Assembly (NCBI GenBank): GCA_964016885.1
Contig: OZ024742.1
Coordinates: 143,654,001-143,718,000 of the forward strand
DNA: 64,000 bases
Origin: Eledone cirrhosa
Lineage: Eukaryota
Direction of reading: 5' to 3'
Part shown: positions 51,501-64,000 of the stretch, piece by piece
Position numbering within the stretch: the stretch's first letter is position 1
Layout: the number at the start of each line of letters is the position of its first letter
The notes under the pieces: generated by a model
Told to the model about the DNA's origin: nothing
Database searches by the model: none
What the model saw: only the letters and a program-made list of their open reading frames with translations
Position numbers and translations under genes: made by a program

Positions 51501-54500
51501 TGTTGTTGTTGTGATGGTGGCAGTGGTGTGATAATGGTGTTGTTATTGTTGTGATGGTGGCAGTGGTGTGATAATGGTGTTGTTGTTGTGATGGTGGTAG
51601 TGGAGTGATAATAGTGTTGTTGTTGTGATGGTGGTAGTGGTGTGATAATGGTGTTGTTGTTGTTGTGATGGTGCTAGTGGTGTGATAATTGTGTTTTCAT
51701 GATGGCGGCAATGGGGTGATAATGGTGTTGTTGTTGTGATTGTGGTAGTGGTGTGATAATGGTGCTGTTGTTGTTGTGATGGTGGTAGTGGTGTGATAAT
51801 GGTGTTGTTGTTGTGATGGTGGTAGTGGTGCGATAATGGTGTTGTTGTTGTGATGGTGGTAGTGGTGTGATAATAGTGTTGTTGTTGTGATGGTTGTAGT
51901 GGTGTGATAATGGTGTTTTTGTTGTTGATTGTGGCAGTGGTGTGATAATGGTGTTGTTGTTGTTGTGATGGTGGTAGTGGTGTGATAATGGTGTTGTTGT
52001 TGTTGTGATGGTGGCAGTGGAGTGATAATGGTGTTGTTGTTGTTGTGATGGTGACAGTGGTGTGATAATGGTGTTGTTGTTGTTGTGGTGGCAGTGGTGT
52101 TATAATGGTGTTGTTGTTGTGATGGTGGCAGTTGTGTGATAATGGTGTTGTTGTTGTTGTGATGGTGGCAGTGGTGTGATAATGGTGTTGTTGTTGTTGT
52201 GATGGTGGTAGTGATGTGATAATGGTGTTGTTGTTGTGATGGTGGCAGTGGTGTGATAATGGTGTTGTTGTTGTGATGGTGGCAGTGGTCTTATAATGGT
52301 GTTGTTGTTGTTGTGATGGTGGCAGTGGTGTGATAATGGTGTTGTTGTTGTGATGGTGGTAGTGCTGTGATAATGGTGTTGTTGTTGTGATGGTGGCAGT
52401 GGTGTGATAATGGTGTTGTTGTTGTGATGGTGGCAGTGGTGTGATAATGGTGTTGTTGTTGTGATGGTGGCAGTGGTGTGATAATGGTGTTCTTGTTGTG
52501 ATGGTGGTAGTGGTGTGATAATGGTGTTGTTGTTGTTGTGATGTTAGGTAGTGGTGTGATAATGGTGTTGTTGTGGTGATGGTGGCAGTGGTGTGATCAT
52601 GCTGTTGTTGCTGTTGTGATGGTGGTAGTGGTGTGATAATGGTGTTGTTGTTGTTGTGATGGTGGCAGTGGTGTGATAATGGTGTTGTTGTTGTTGTGAT
52701 GGTGGCAGTGGTGTGATAATGTTGTTGTTGTTGTGATGGTGGTAGTGGTGTGATAATGGTGTTGTTGTTGTGCTGGTGGTAGTGGTGTGATAATGGTGTT
52801 GTTGTTGTGATGGTGGCAGTGGTCTTATAATGGTGTTGTTGTTGTTGTGATGATGGCAGTGGTGTGATAATGGTGTTGTTGTTGTTGTGATGGTGGCAGT
52901 GGTGTGATAATGGTGTTGTTGTTGTGATGGTGGCAGTGGTGTAATAATGGTGTTGTTGTTGTGATGGTGACAGTGGTGTGATAATGGAGTTGTTGTTGTG
53001 ATGGTGACAGTGGTGTGATAATGGTGTTGTTGTTGTGATGGTGACAGAGGTGTGATAATGGTGTTTTTGTTGTTGTGATGGTGGTAGTGGTGTGATAATG
53101 GTGTTGTTGTTGTTGTGATGGTGGTAGTGGTGTGATAATGGTGTTGTTGTTGTGATGGTGGCAGTTGTGTTATAATGGTGTTGTTGTTGTGATGGTGGTA
53201 GTGGTGTGATAATGTTGTTGTTGTTGTCATGGTGGCAGTGGCGTGATAATGGTGTTGTTGTTGTTGTGATGGTGGCAGTGGTGTGATAATGGTGTTGTTG
53301 TTGTTGTGATGGTTGCAGTGGTGTGATAATGGTGTTGTTGTTGTGATGGTGGTAGTGGAGTGTTAATAGTGTTGTTGTTGTGATGGTGGTAGTGGTGTGA
53401 TAATGGTGTTGTTGTTGTTGTGATGGTGGTAGTGGTGCGATAATGGTGTTGTTGTTCTGATGGTGGCAGTGGTTTTATAATGGTGTTGTTGTTGTTGTGA
53501 TGGTGGCAGCGGTGTGATAATGGTGTTGTTGTTGTGATTGTGGTAGTGGTGTGATAATGGTGTTGTTGTTGTGATGGTTGTAGTGGTGTGATAATGGTGT
53601 TTTTGTTGTTGATTGTGGCAGTGGTGTGATAATGGTGTTGTTGTTGTTGTGATGATCGTAGTGGTGTGATAATGGTGTTGTTGTTGTGGTGATGGTGGTA
53701 GTGGTGTAATAATGGTGTTATTGTTGTTGTGGTGGTGGCAGTGCTGTGATAATAGTGTTGTTGTTGTTGTGATGGTGGCAGTGGTGTGATAATGGTGTTG
53801 TTGTTGTTGTGATGGTGACAGTGGTGTGATAATGGTGTTGTTGTTGTTGTTGTGGCAGTGGTGTTATAATGGAGTTGTTGATGTGATGGTGGCAGTGGTG
53901 TGATAATGGTGTTGTTGTTGTTGTGATGGTGGCAGTGGTGTGATAATGGTGTTGTTGTTGTTGTGATGGTGGTAGTGATGTGATAATGGTGATGGTGGCA
54001 GTGGTGTGATAATGGTGTTGTTGTTGTGCTGGTGGTAGTGGTGTGATAATGGTGTTGTTGTTGTGATGGTGGTAGTGGTGTTATAATGGTGTTGTTGTTG
54101 TTGTGATGGTGGTAGTGGTGTGATAATGGTGTTGTTGTTGTTGTGATGGTGGTAGTGGTGTGGTAATGGTGTTGTTGTTGTTGTGATGGTTGTAGTGGTG
54201 TAATAATGGTGTTATTGTTGTTGTGGTGGTGGCAGTGGTGTGATAATAGCGTTGTTGTTGTTGTGATGGTGGCAGTGGTGTGATAATGGTGTTGTTGTTG
54301 TTGTGATGGTGACAGTGGTGTGATGATGGTGTTGTTGTTGTTGTGGTGGCAGTGGTGTTATAATGGCGTTGTTGTTGTGATGGTGGCAGTGGTGTGATAA
54401 TGGTGTTGTTGTTGTTGTGATGGTGGCAGTGGTGTGATAATGGTGTTGTTGTTGTGATGGTAGTAGTGATGTGATAATGGTGTTGTTGTTGTGATGGTGG

Positions 54501-57500
54501 CAGTGGTGTGATAATGGTGTTGTTGTTGTGCTGGTGGTAGTGGTGTGATAATGGTGTTGTTGTTGTGATGGTGGCAGTTGTGTTATAATGGTGTTGTTGT
54601 TGTTGTGATGGTGGCAGTGGTGTGATAATGGTGTTGTTGTTGTGATGGTGGTAGTGGTGTGATAATGGTGTTGTTGTCGTGATGGTGGCAGTGGTGTGAT
54701 AATGGTGTTGTTGTTGTGATGGTGGCAGTGGTGTGATAATGGTGTTGTTGTTGTGATGGTGGCAGTGGTGTGATAATGGTGTTGTTGTTGTGATGGTGGT
54801 AGTGGTGTGATAATGGTGTTGTTGTTGTTGTGATGTTAGGTAGTGGTGTGATAATGGTGTTGTTGTGGTGATGGTGGCAGTGGTGTGATTATGCTGTTGT
54901 TGCTGTTGTGATGGTGGTAGTGGTGTGATAATGGTGTTGTTGTTGTTGTGATGGTGGCAGTGGTGTGATAATGTTGTTGTTGTGAAGGTGGCAGTGGTGT
55001 GATAATGTTGTTGTTGTTGTGATGGTGGTAGTGGTGTGATAATGGTGTTGTTGTTGTGATGGTGGCAGTGGTGTAATAATGGTGTTGTTGTTGTGATGGT
55101 GACAGTGGTGTGATAATAGTGTTGTTGTTGTGATGGTGACAGTGGTGTGATAATGGTGTTGTTGTTGTGATGGTGACAGAGGTGTGATAATGGTGTTGTT
55201 GTTGTTGTGATGGTGGTAGTGGTGTGATAATGGTGTTGTTGTTGCGATGGTGGTAGTGGTGTGATAATGGTGTTGTTGTAGTTGTGATGGTGGTAGTGGT
55301 GTGATAATGGTGTTGTTGTTGCGATGGTGGTAGTGGTGTGATAATGGTGTTGTTGTAGTTGTGATGGTGGTAGTGGTGTGATAATGGTGTTGTTGTTGCG
55401 ATGGTGGTAGTGGTGTGATAATGGTGTTGTTGTAGTTGTGATGGTGGTAGTGGTGTGATAATGGTGTTGTTGTTGCGATGGTGGTAGTGGTGTGGTAATG
55501 GTGTTGTTGTTGTTGTGATGGTTGTAGTGGTGTAATAATGGTGTTATTGTTGTTGTGGTGGTGGCAGTGGTGTGATAATAGCGTTGTTGTTGTTGTGATG
55601 GTGGCAGTGGTGTGATAATGGTGTTGTTGTTGTTGTGATGGTGACAGTGGTGTGATGATGGTGTTGTTGTTGTTGTGGTGGCAGTGGTGTTATAATGGCG
55701 TTGTTGTTGTGATGGTGGCAGTGGTGTGATAATGGTGTTGTTGTTGTTGTGATGGTGGCAGTGGTGTGATAATGGTGTTGTTGTTGTGATGGTAGTAGTG
55801 ATGTGATAATGGTGTTGTTGTTGTGATGGTGGCAGTGGTGTGATAATGGTGTTGTTGTTGTGCTGGTGGTAGTGGTGTGATAATGGTGTTGTTGTTGTGA
55901 TGGTGGCAGTTGTGTTATAATGGTGTTGTTGTTGTTGTGATGGTGGCAGTGGTGTGATAATGGTGTTGTTGTTGTGATGGTGGTAGTGGTGTGATAATGG
56001 TGTTGTTGTCGTGATGGTGGCAGTGGTGTGATAATGGTGTTGTTGTTGTGATGGTGGCAGTGGTGTGATAATGGTGTTGTTGTTGTGATGGTGGCAGTGG
56101 TGTGATAATGGTGTTGTTGTTGTGATGGTGGTAGTGGTGTGATAATGGTGTTGTTGTTGTTGTGATGTTAGGTAGTGGTGTGATAATGGTGTTGTTGTGG
56201 TGATGGTGGCAGTGGTGTGATTATGCTGTTGTTGCTGTTGTGATGGTGGTAGTGGTGTGATAATGGTGTTGTTGTTGTTGTGATGGTGGCAGTGGTGTGA
56301 TAATGTTGTTGTTGTGAAGGTGGCAGTGGTGTGATAATGTTGTTGTTGTTGTGATGGTGGTAGTGGTGTGATAATGGTGTTGTTGTTGTGATGGTGGCAG
56401 TGGTGTAATAATGGTGTTGTTGTTGTGATGGTGACAGTGGTGTGATAATAGTGTTGTTGTTGTGATGGTGACAGTGGTGTGATAATGGTGTTGTTGTTGT
56501 GATGGTGACAGAGGTGTGATAATGGTGTTGTTGTTGTTGTGATGGTGGTAGTGGTGTGATAATGGTGTTGTTGTTGCGATGGTGGTAGTGGTGTGATAAT
56601 GGTGTTGTTGTATTTGTGATGGTGGTAGTGGTGTGATAATGGTGTTGTTGTTGCGATGGTGGTAGTGGTGTGATAATGGTGTTGTTGTAGTTGTGATGGT
56701 GGTAGTGGTGTGATAATGGTGTTGTTGTTGCGATGGTGGTAGTGGTGTGATAATGGTGTTGTTGTAGTTGTGATGGTGGTAGTGGTGTGATAATGGTGTT
56801 GTTGTTGCGATGGTGGTAGTGGTGTGATAATGGTGTTGTTGTTGTTGTGATGGTGGCAGTGGTGTGATAATGGTGTTGTTGTTGTGATGGTGGTAGTGGT
56901 GTGATAATGGTATTGTTGTCATGATGGCGGCAATGGGGTTATAATAGTGTTGTTGTTGTGATTGTGGTAGAGGTGTGACAATGGTGTTGTTGTTGTTGTG
57001 ATGGTGGTAGTGGTGTGATAATGGTGTTGTTGTTGTTGTTGTGATGGTGGTAGTGGTGTGATAATGGTGTTGTTGTTGTGATGGTGGTAGTGGTGCGATA
57101 ATGGTGTTGTTGTTGTGATGGTGGCAGTGCTTTTAGAACGGTGTTGTTGTTGTTGTGATGGTGGCTGTGGTCTGATAATAGTGTTGTTGTTGTGATGGTG
57201 GCAGTGGCGTGATAATGGTGTTGTGGTTGTTGTGGTGGTGGCAGTGGTGTGATAATGGTGTTGTTGTTGTGATGGTGGTAGTGCTGTGATAATGGTGTTG
57301 CTGTTGTTGTGATGGTGGTAGTGGTGTGATAATGGTGTTGTTGTTGTTGTGATGGTGGTAGTGGTGTGATAATGGTGTTATTGTTGTGATGGTGGTAGTG
57401 GTGTGATAATGGTGTTATTGTTGTTGTGATGGTGGCAGTGGTGTGATAATGGTGTTGTTGTTGTGATGGTGACAGTGGTGTGATAATGGTGTTGTTGTTG

Positions 57501-60500
57501 TGATGGTGGTAGTGGTGTGATAATGGTGTTGTTGTTGTTGTGATGTTAGGTAGTGGTGTGATAATGGTGTTGTTGTGGTGATGGTGGCAGTGGTGTGATC
57601 ATGCTGTTGTTGCTGTTGTGATGGTGGTAGTGGTGTGATAATGGTGTTGTTGTTGTTGTGATGGTGACAGTGGTGTGATAATGTTGTTGTTGTTGTGATG
57701 GTGGTAGTGGTGTGATAATGGTGTTGTTGTTGTGATGGTGGCAGTGGTGTAATAATGGTGTTGTTGTTGTGATGGTGACAGTGGTGTGATAATGGTGTTG
57801 TTGTTGTGATGGTGACAGTGTTGTGATAATGGTGTTGTTGTTGTGATGGTGACAGAGGTGTGATAATGGTGTTGTTGTTGTTGTTGTGATGGTGGAAGTG
57901 GTGTGATAATGGTGTTGTTGTTGTTGTGATGGTGGCAGTGGTGTGATAATGGTGTTGTTGTTGTGATGGTGGCAGTGGTGTTATAATGGTGTTGTTGTTG
58001 TGATGGTGGTAGTGGTGTGATAATGGTGTTGTTGTTGTCATGGTGGCAGTGGTGTGATAATGGTGTTGTTGTTGTTGTGATGGTGGCAGTGGTGTGATAA
58101 TGGTGTTGTTGTTGTTGTGATGGTGGCAGTGGTGTGATAATGGTGTTGTTGTTGTGATGGTGGTAGTGGAGTGTTAATATTGTTGTTGTTGTGATGGTGG
58201 TAGTGGTGTGATAATGGTGTTGTTGTTGTTGTGATGGTGCTAGTGGTGTGATAATGGTGTTGTTGTCATGATGGCGGCAATGGGGTGATAATGGTGTTGT
58301 TGTTGTGATTGTGGTAGTGGTGTGATAATGGTGCTGTTGTTGTTGTGATGGTGGTAGTGGTGTGATAATGGTGTTGTTGTTGTGATGGTGGTAGTGGTGC
58401 GATAATGGTGTTGTTGTTGTGATGGTGGTAGTGGTGCGATAATGGTGTTGTTGTTCTGATGGTGGCAGTGGTTTTATAATGGTGTTGTTGTTGTTGTGAT
58501 GGTGGCAGCGGTGTGATAATGGTGTTGTTGTTGTGATTGTGGTAGTGGTGTGATAATGGTGTTGTTGTTGTTGTGATGGTGGTAGTGGTGTGATAATGGT
58601 GTGGTTGTTGTGATGATGGTTGTGGTGTGATAATGGTGTTGTTGTTGTGATGGTTGTAGTGGTGTGATAATGGTGTTTTTGTTGTTGATTGTGGCAGTGG
58701 TGTGATAATGGTGTTGTTGTTGTTGTGATGATCGTAGTGGTGTGATAATGGTGTTGTTGTTGTGGTGATGGTGGTAGTGGTGTAATAATGGTGTTATTGT
58801 TGTGGTGGTGGCAGTGGTGTGATAATAGTGTTGTTGTTGTTGTGATGGTGGCCGTGGTGTGATAATGGTGTTGTTGTTGTTGTGATGGTGACAGTGGTGT
58901 TATAATGGTGTTGTTGTTGTTGTGGTGGCAGTGGTGTTATAATGGAGTTGTTGATGTGATGGTGGCAGTGGTGTGATAATGGTGTTGTTGTTGTTGTGAT
59001 GGTGGCAGTCGTGTGATAATGGTGTTGTTGTTGTTGTGATGGTGGTAGTGATGTGATAATGGTGTTGTTGTTGTGATGGTGGTAGTGGTGTGATAATGGT
59101 GTTGTTGTTGTGCTGGTGGTAGTGGTGTGATAATGGTGTTGTTGTTGTGATGGTGGCAGTGGTGTTATAATGGTGTTGTTGTTGTTGTGATGGTGGCAGT
59201 GGTGTGATAATGGTGTTGTTGTTGTTGTGGTGGTGGTAGTGGTGTGATAATGGTGTTGTTGTTTTTGTGATAGTGGTAGTGGTGTAATAATGGTGTTATT
59301 GTTGTTGTGGTGGTGGCAGTGGTGTGATAATAGTGTTGTTGTTGTTGTGATGGTGGCAGTGGTGTGATAATGGTGTTGTTGTTGTTGTGATGGTGACAGT
59401 GGTGTGATGATGGTGTTGTTGTTGTTGTGGTGGCAGTGGTGTGATAATGGTGTTGTTGTTGTGATGGTGGTAGTGGTGTGATAATGGTGTTGTTGTCGTG
59501 ATGGTGGCAGTGGTGTGATAATGGTGTTGTTGTTGTGAGGGTGGCAGTGGTGTGATAATGGTGTTGTTGTTGTGATGGTGGCAGTGGTGTGATAATGGTG
59601 TTGTTGTTGTGATGGTGGTAGTGGTGTGATAATGGTGTTGTTGTTGTTGTGATGTTAGGTAGTGGTGTGATAATGGTGTTGTTGTGGTGAGGGTGGCAGT
59701 GGTGTGATTATGCTGTTGTTGCTGTTGTGATGGTGGTAGTGGTGTGATAATGGTGTTGTTGTTGTTGTGATGGTGGCAGTGGTGTGATAATGTTGTTGTT
59801 TTTGTTGTGAAGGTGGCAGTGGTGTGATAATGTTGTTGTTGTTGTGATGGTGGTAGTGGTGTGATAATGGTGTGGTTGTTGTGATGGTGGCAGTGGTGTA
59901 ATAATGGTGTTGTTGTTGTGATGGTGGCAGTGGTGTGATAATGTTGTTGTTTTTGTTGTGAAGGTGGCAGTGGTGTGATAATGTTGTTGTTGTTGTGATG
60001 GTGGCAGTGGTGTGATAATGGTGTTGTTGTAGTTGTGATGGTGGTAGTGGTGTGATAATGGTGTTGTTGTTGCGATGGTGGTAGTGGTGTGATAATGGTG
60101 TTGTTGTTGTTGTGATGGTGGTAGTGGTGTGATAATGGTATTGTTGTCATGATGGCGGCAATGGGGTGATAATAGTGTTGTTGTTGTGATTGTGGTAGAG
60201 GTGTGACAATGGTGTTGTTGTTGTTGTGATGGTGGTAGTGGTGTGATAATGGTGTTGTTGTTGTTGTTGTGATGGTGGTAGTGGTGTGATAATGGTGTTG
60301 TTGTTGTGATGGTGGTAGTGGTGCGATAATGGTGTTGTTGTTGTGATGGTGGCAGTGCTTTTATAACGGTGTTGTTGTTGTTGTGATGGTGGCTGTGGTC
60401 TGATAATAGTGTTGTTGTTGTGATGGTGGCAGTGGTGTGATAATGGTGTTGTGGTTGTTGTGGTGGTGGTAGTGGTGTGATAATGGTGTTGTTGTTGTTG

Positions 60501-63500
60501 TGATGGTGGTAGTGCTGTGATAATGGTGTTGCTGTTGTTGTGATGGTGGTAGTGGTGTGATAATGGTGTTGTTGTTGTTGTGATGGTGGTAGTGGTGTGA
60601 TAATGGTGTTATTGTTGTGGTAGTGGTAGTGGTGTGATAATGGTGTTATTGTTGTTGTGATGGTGGCAGTGGTGTGATAATGGTGTTGTTGTTGTTGTGA
60701 TGGTGGTAGTGGTGTGATAATGGTGTTGTTGTTGTGATGGTGGTAGTGGTGTGATAATGGTGTTGTTGTCATGATGGGGGCAATAGGGTGATAATGGTGT
60801 TGTTGTTGTTATTGTGGTAGAGGTGTGATAATGGTGTTGTTGTTGTTGTGATGGTGGTAGTGGTGTGATAATGGTGTTGTTGTTGTTGTGATGGTGGTAG
60901 TGGTGTGATAATAGTGTTGTTGTTGTGATGGTGGTAGTGGTGCGATAATGGTGTTGTTGTTGTGATGGTGGCAGTGGTTTTATAATTGTGTTGTTGTTGT
61001 TGTGATGGTGGCAGCGGTGTGATAATGGTGTTGTGGTTGTGATTGTGTTAGTGGTGTGATAATGGTGTTGTTGTTGTTGTGATGGTGGTAGTGGTGTGAT
61101 AATGGTGTGGTTGTTGTGATGGTGGTAGTGGTGTGATAATGGTGTTGTTGTTGTGATGGTGGTAGTGGGTTGATAATAGTGTCGTTGTTGTGATGGTGAC
61201 AGTGGTGTGTTAATGGTGTTGTTGTTGTTGTTGTTGTTGTAATGGTGGTAGTGGTGTGATAATGATGTTGTTGTTGTGATGGTGGTACTGGTGTGATAAT
61301 CGTGTTATTGTTGTGATGGTGGCAGTGGTGTGATAAGGATGTTGTAGTTGTGATGGAGGCAGTCGTGTGATAATAGTGTTGTTGTTGTGATGGTGGCAGT
61401 GGTGTGATAATGGTGTTGTTGTTGTGATGGTGGTAGTGGTGTGATAATAGTGTTGTTGTTGTGATGGTGGCAGTGGTGTGATAATAGTGTTGTTGTTGTG
61501 ATGGTGGCAGTGGGGTGTTAATGGTGTTGTTGTTGTGGTGGTGGCAGTGGTGTCATAATGGTGTTGTTGTTGTTGTGATGGTGGCTTTAGTGTGATAATG
61601 GTGTTGTTGTTGTCATAGTGTCAGTGGTGTGATAATGGTGTTGTTGTTGTAGTGATGGTGTCAGTGGTGTGATAATGGTGTTGTTGTTGTTGTGATGGTG
61701 GCAGTGGTGTGATAATGGTGTTGTTGTTGTTGTGATGGTGGTACTGGTGTGATAATAGTGTGGTTGTTGTGATGGTGGTAGTGGTGTGATAATGGTGTTG
61801 TTGTTGTGATGGTGGTAGTGGTGTGATAATGGTGTTGTTGTTGTGATGGTGGAAGTGGTGTGATAATAGTGTTGTTGTTGTGATGGTGGCAGTGGTGTGA
61901 TAATCTTGTTGTTGTTGTGATGGTAGTAGTGGTGTGATAATGTTGTTGTTGTTGTGATGGTGGCAGTGGTGTAATAATGGTGTTGTTGTTGTGATGGTGA
62001 CAGTGGTGTGATAATGGTGTTGTTGTTGTGATGGTGACAGTGGTGTGATAATGGTGTTGTTGTTGTTGTGATGGTGGCAGTGGTGTGATAATGGTGTTGT
62101 TGTTGTTGTGATGGTGGCAGTGGTGTGATAATGGTGTTGTTGTGATGGTGGTAGTGGTGTGATAATGGTGTTGTTGTTGTTGTGATGGTGGCAGTGGTGT
62201 GATAATGGTGTTGTTGTTGTGATGGTGGCAGTGGTGTTATAATGGTGTTGTTGTTGTGATGGTGGTAGTGGTGTGATAATGGTGTTGTTGTTGTCATGGT
62301 GGCAGTGGTGTGATAATGGTGTTGTTGTTGTTGTGATGGTGGCAGTGGTGTGATAATGGTGTTGTTGTTGTTGTGATGGTGGCAGTGGTGTGATAAAGGT
62401 GTTGTTGTGATGGTGGCAGTGGTGTGATAATGGTGTTGTTGTTGTGATGGTGTTAGTGGAGTGTTAATAGTGTTGTTGTTGTGATGGTGGTAGTGGTGTG
62501 ATAATGGTGTTGTTGTTGTTGTGATGGTGGTAGTGGTGTGATAATGGTGTTGTTGTTGTGATGTTTGTAGTGGTGCGATAATGGTGTTGTTGTTCTGATG
62601 GTGGCAGTGGTTTTATAATGGTGTTGTTGTTGTTGTGATGGTGGCAGCGGTGTGATAATGGTGTTGTTGTTGTGATCGTGGTAGTGCTGTGATAATGGTG
62701 TTGTTGTTGTTGTGATGGTGGTAGTGGTGTGATAATGGTGTGGTTGTTGTGATGATGGTTGTGGTCTGATAATGGTGTTGTTGTTGTGATGGTGGTAGTG
62801 GTGTGATAATGGTGTTGTTGTTGTGATGGTTGTAGTGTTGTGATAATGGTGTTTTTGTTGTTGATTGTGGCAGTGGTGTGATAATGGTGTTGTTGTTGTT
62901 GTGATGATCGTAGTGGTGTGATAATGGTGTTGTTGTTGTGGTGATGGTGGTAGTGGTGTAATAATGGTGTTATTGTTGTTGTGGTGGTGGCAGTGGTGTG
63001 ATAATAGTGTTGTTGTTGTTGTGATGGTGGCAGTGGTGTGATAATGTTGTTGTTGTTGTTGTGATGGTGACAGTGGTGTGATGATGGTGTTGTTGTTGTT
63101 GTGGTGGCAGTGGTGTTATAATGGCGTTGTTGTTGTGATGGTGGCAGTGGTGTGATAATGGTGTTCTTGTTGTTGTGATGGTGGCAGTGGTGTGATAATG
63201 GTGTTGTTGTTGTTGTGATGGTGGTAGTGATGTGATAATGGTGTTGTTGTTGTGATGGTGGCAGTGGTGTGATAATGGTGTTGTTGTTGTGATGGTGACA
63301 GTGGTGTGATAATAGTGTTGTTGTTGTGATGGTGACAGTGGTGTGATAATGGTGTTGTTGTTGTGATGGTGACAGAGGTGTGATAATGGTGTTGTTGTTG
63401 TTGTGATGGTGGTAGTGGTGTGATAATGGTGTTGTTGTTGCGATGGTGGTAGTGGTCTGATAATGGTGTTGTTGTTGTTGTGATGGTGGCAGTGGTGTGA

Positions 63501-64000
63501 TAATGGTGTTGTTGTTGTCATGATGGCGGCAATGGGGTTATAATAGTGTTGTTGTTGTGATTGTGGTAGAGGTGTGACAATGGTGTTGTTGTTGTTGTGA
63601 TGGTGGTAGTGGTGTGATAATGGTGTTGTTGTTGTTGTTGTGATGCTGGTAGTGGTGTGATAATAGTGTTGTTGTTGTGATGGTGGTAGTGGTGCGATAA
63701 TGGTGTTGTTGTTGTGATGGTGGCAGTGGTTTTATAATTGTGTTGTTGTTGTTGTGATGGTGGCAGCGGTGTGATAATGGTGTTGTGGTTGTGATTGTGT
63801 TAGTGGTGTGATAATGGTGTTGTTGTTGTTGTGATGGTGGTAGTGGTGTGATAATGGTGTGGTTGTTGTGATGGTGGTAGTGGTGTGATAATGGTGTGGT
63901 TGTTGTGATGGTGGTAGTGGGTTGATAATAGTGTTGTTGTTGTGATGGTTGTAGTGGTGTGAAAATGGTGTTATTGTTGTGATGGTGGCAGTGGTGTGAT
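21580..64000 (+). repeat. G/T-rich satellite, 37-bp monomer (34/40/43-bp GTT-slippage variants), more than 42 kb, running off the window end
   Basis: Consensus TGTGATGGTGG(C/T)AGTGGTGTGATAATGGTGTTGTTGT. Period 37 was checked at 33721/33758. Uniform orientation with no visible insertions. Confidence 0.98.

Noticed and set aside
20887-63521. His/Thr/Gln-rich ORFs up to 354 aa on the minus strand
   Set aside because: They are overlapping ORFs in all frames from stop-free microsatellite and satellite DNA, and sporadic stops occur freely.
21580-64000. Canonical telomeric repeat
   Set aside because: There are no (TTAGGG)n runs, only isolated GTTAGGT variants.

Overview
Eukaryotic, repeat-saturated, gene-free window. 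It is probably from an invertebrate; the tRNA-derived SINE and extreme (TA)n/(CA)n content resemble cephalopod genomes, which is an unverified recollection. Bases 1-21 kb are a mosaic of microsatellites and mobile elements: two families of Penelope-like retroelements (PLEs) with GIY-YIG endonuclease ORFs and hammerhead ribozymes (HHRs), a decayed hAT transposase with one TIR, a hAT MITE, a mariner-derived fold-back, a tandem SINE pair, an RTE LINE 3' fragment and a non-autonomous Helitron carrying a 68-bp array. Bases ~21.6-64 kb are one G/T-strand-biased 37/40-bp satellite with multi-kb higher-order duplications. The most striking unexplained pattern is a set of at least 8 fold-back insertions from about 6 sequence families, all sitting in or beside (TA)n tracts. 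Most carry a whole or half HHR, both arms have their 3' ends pointing outward, and one arm stops at a proximal site while the other carries an extra ~35-100 nt tail. One family is a non-coding, circularly permuted ~440-nt HHR monomer (retrozyme-like). No host protein-coding exon could be supported. All coordinates were read by eye and may be off by a few bases.
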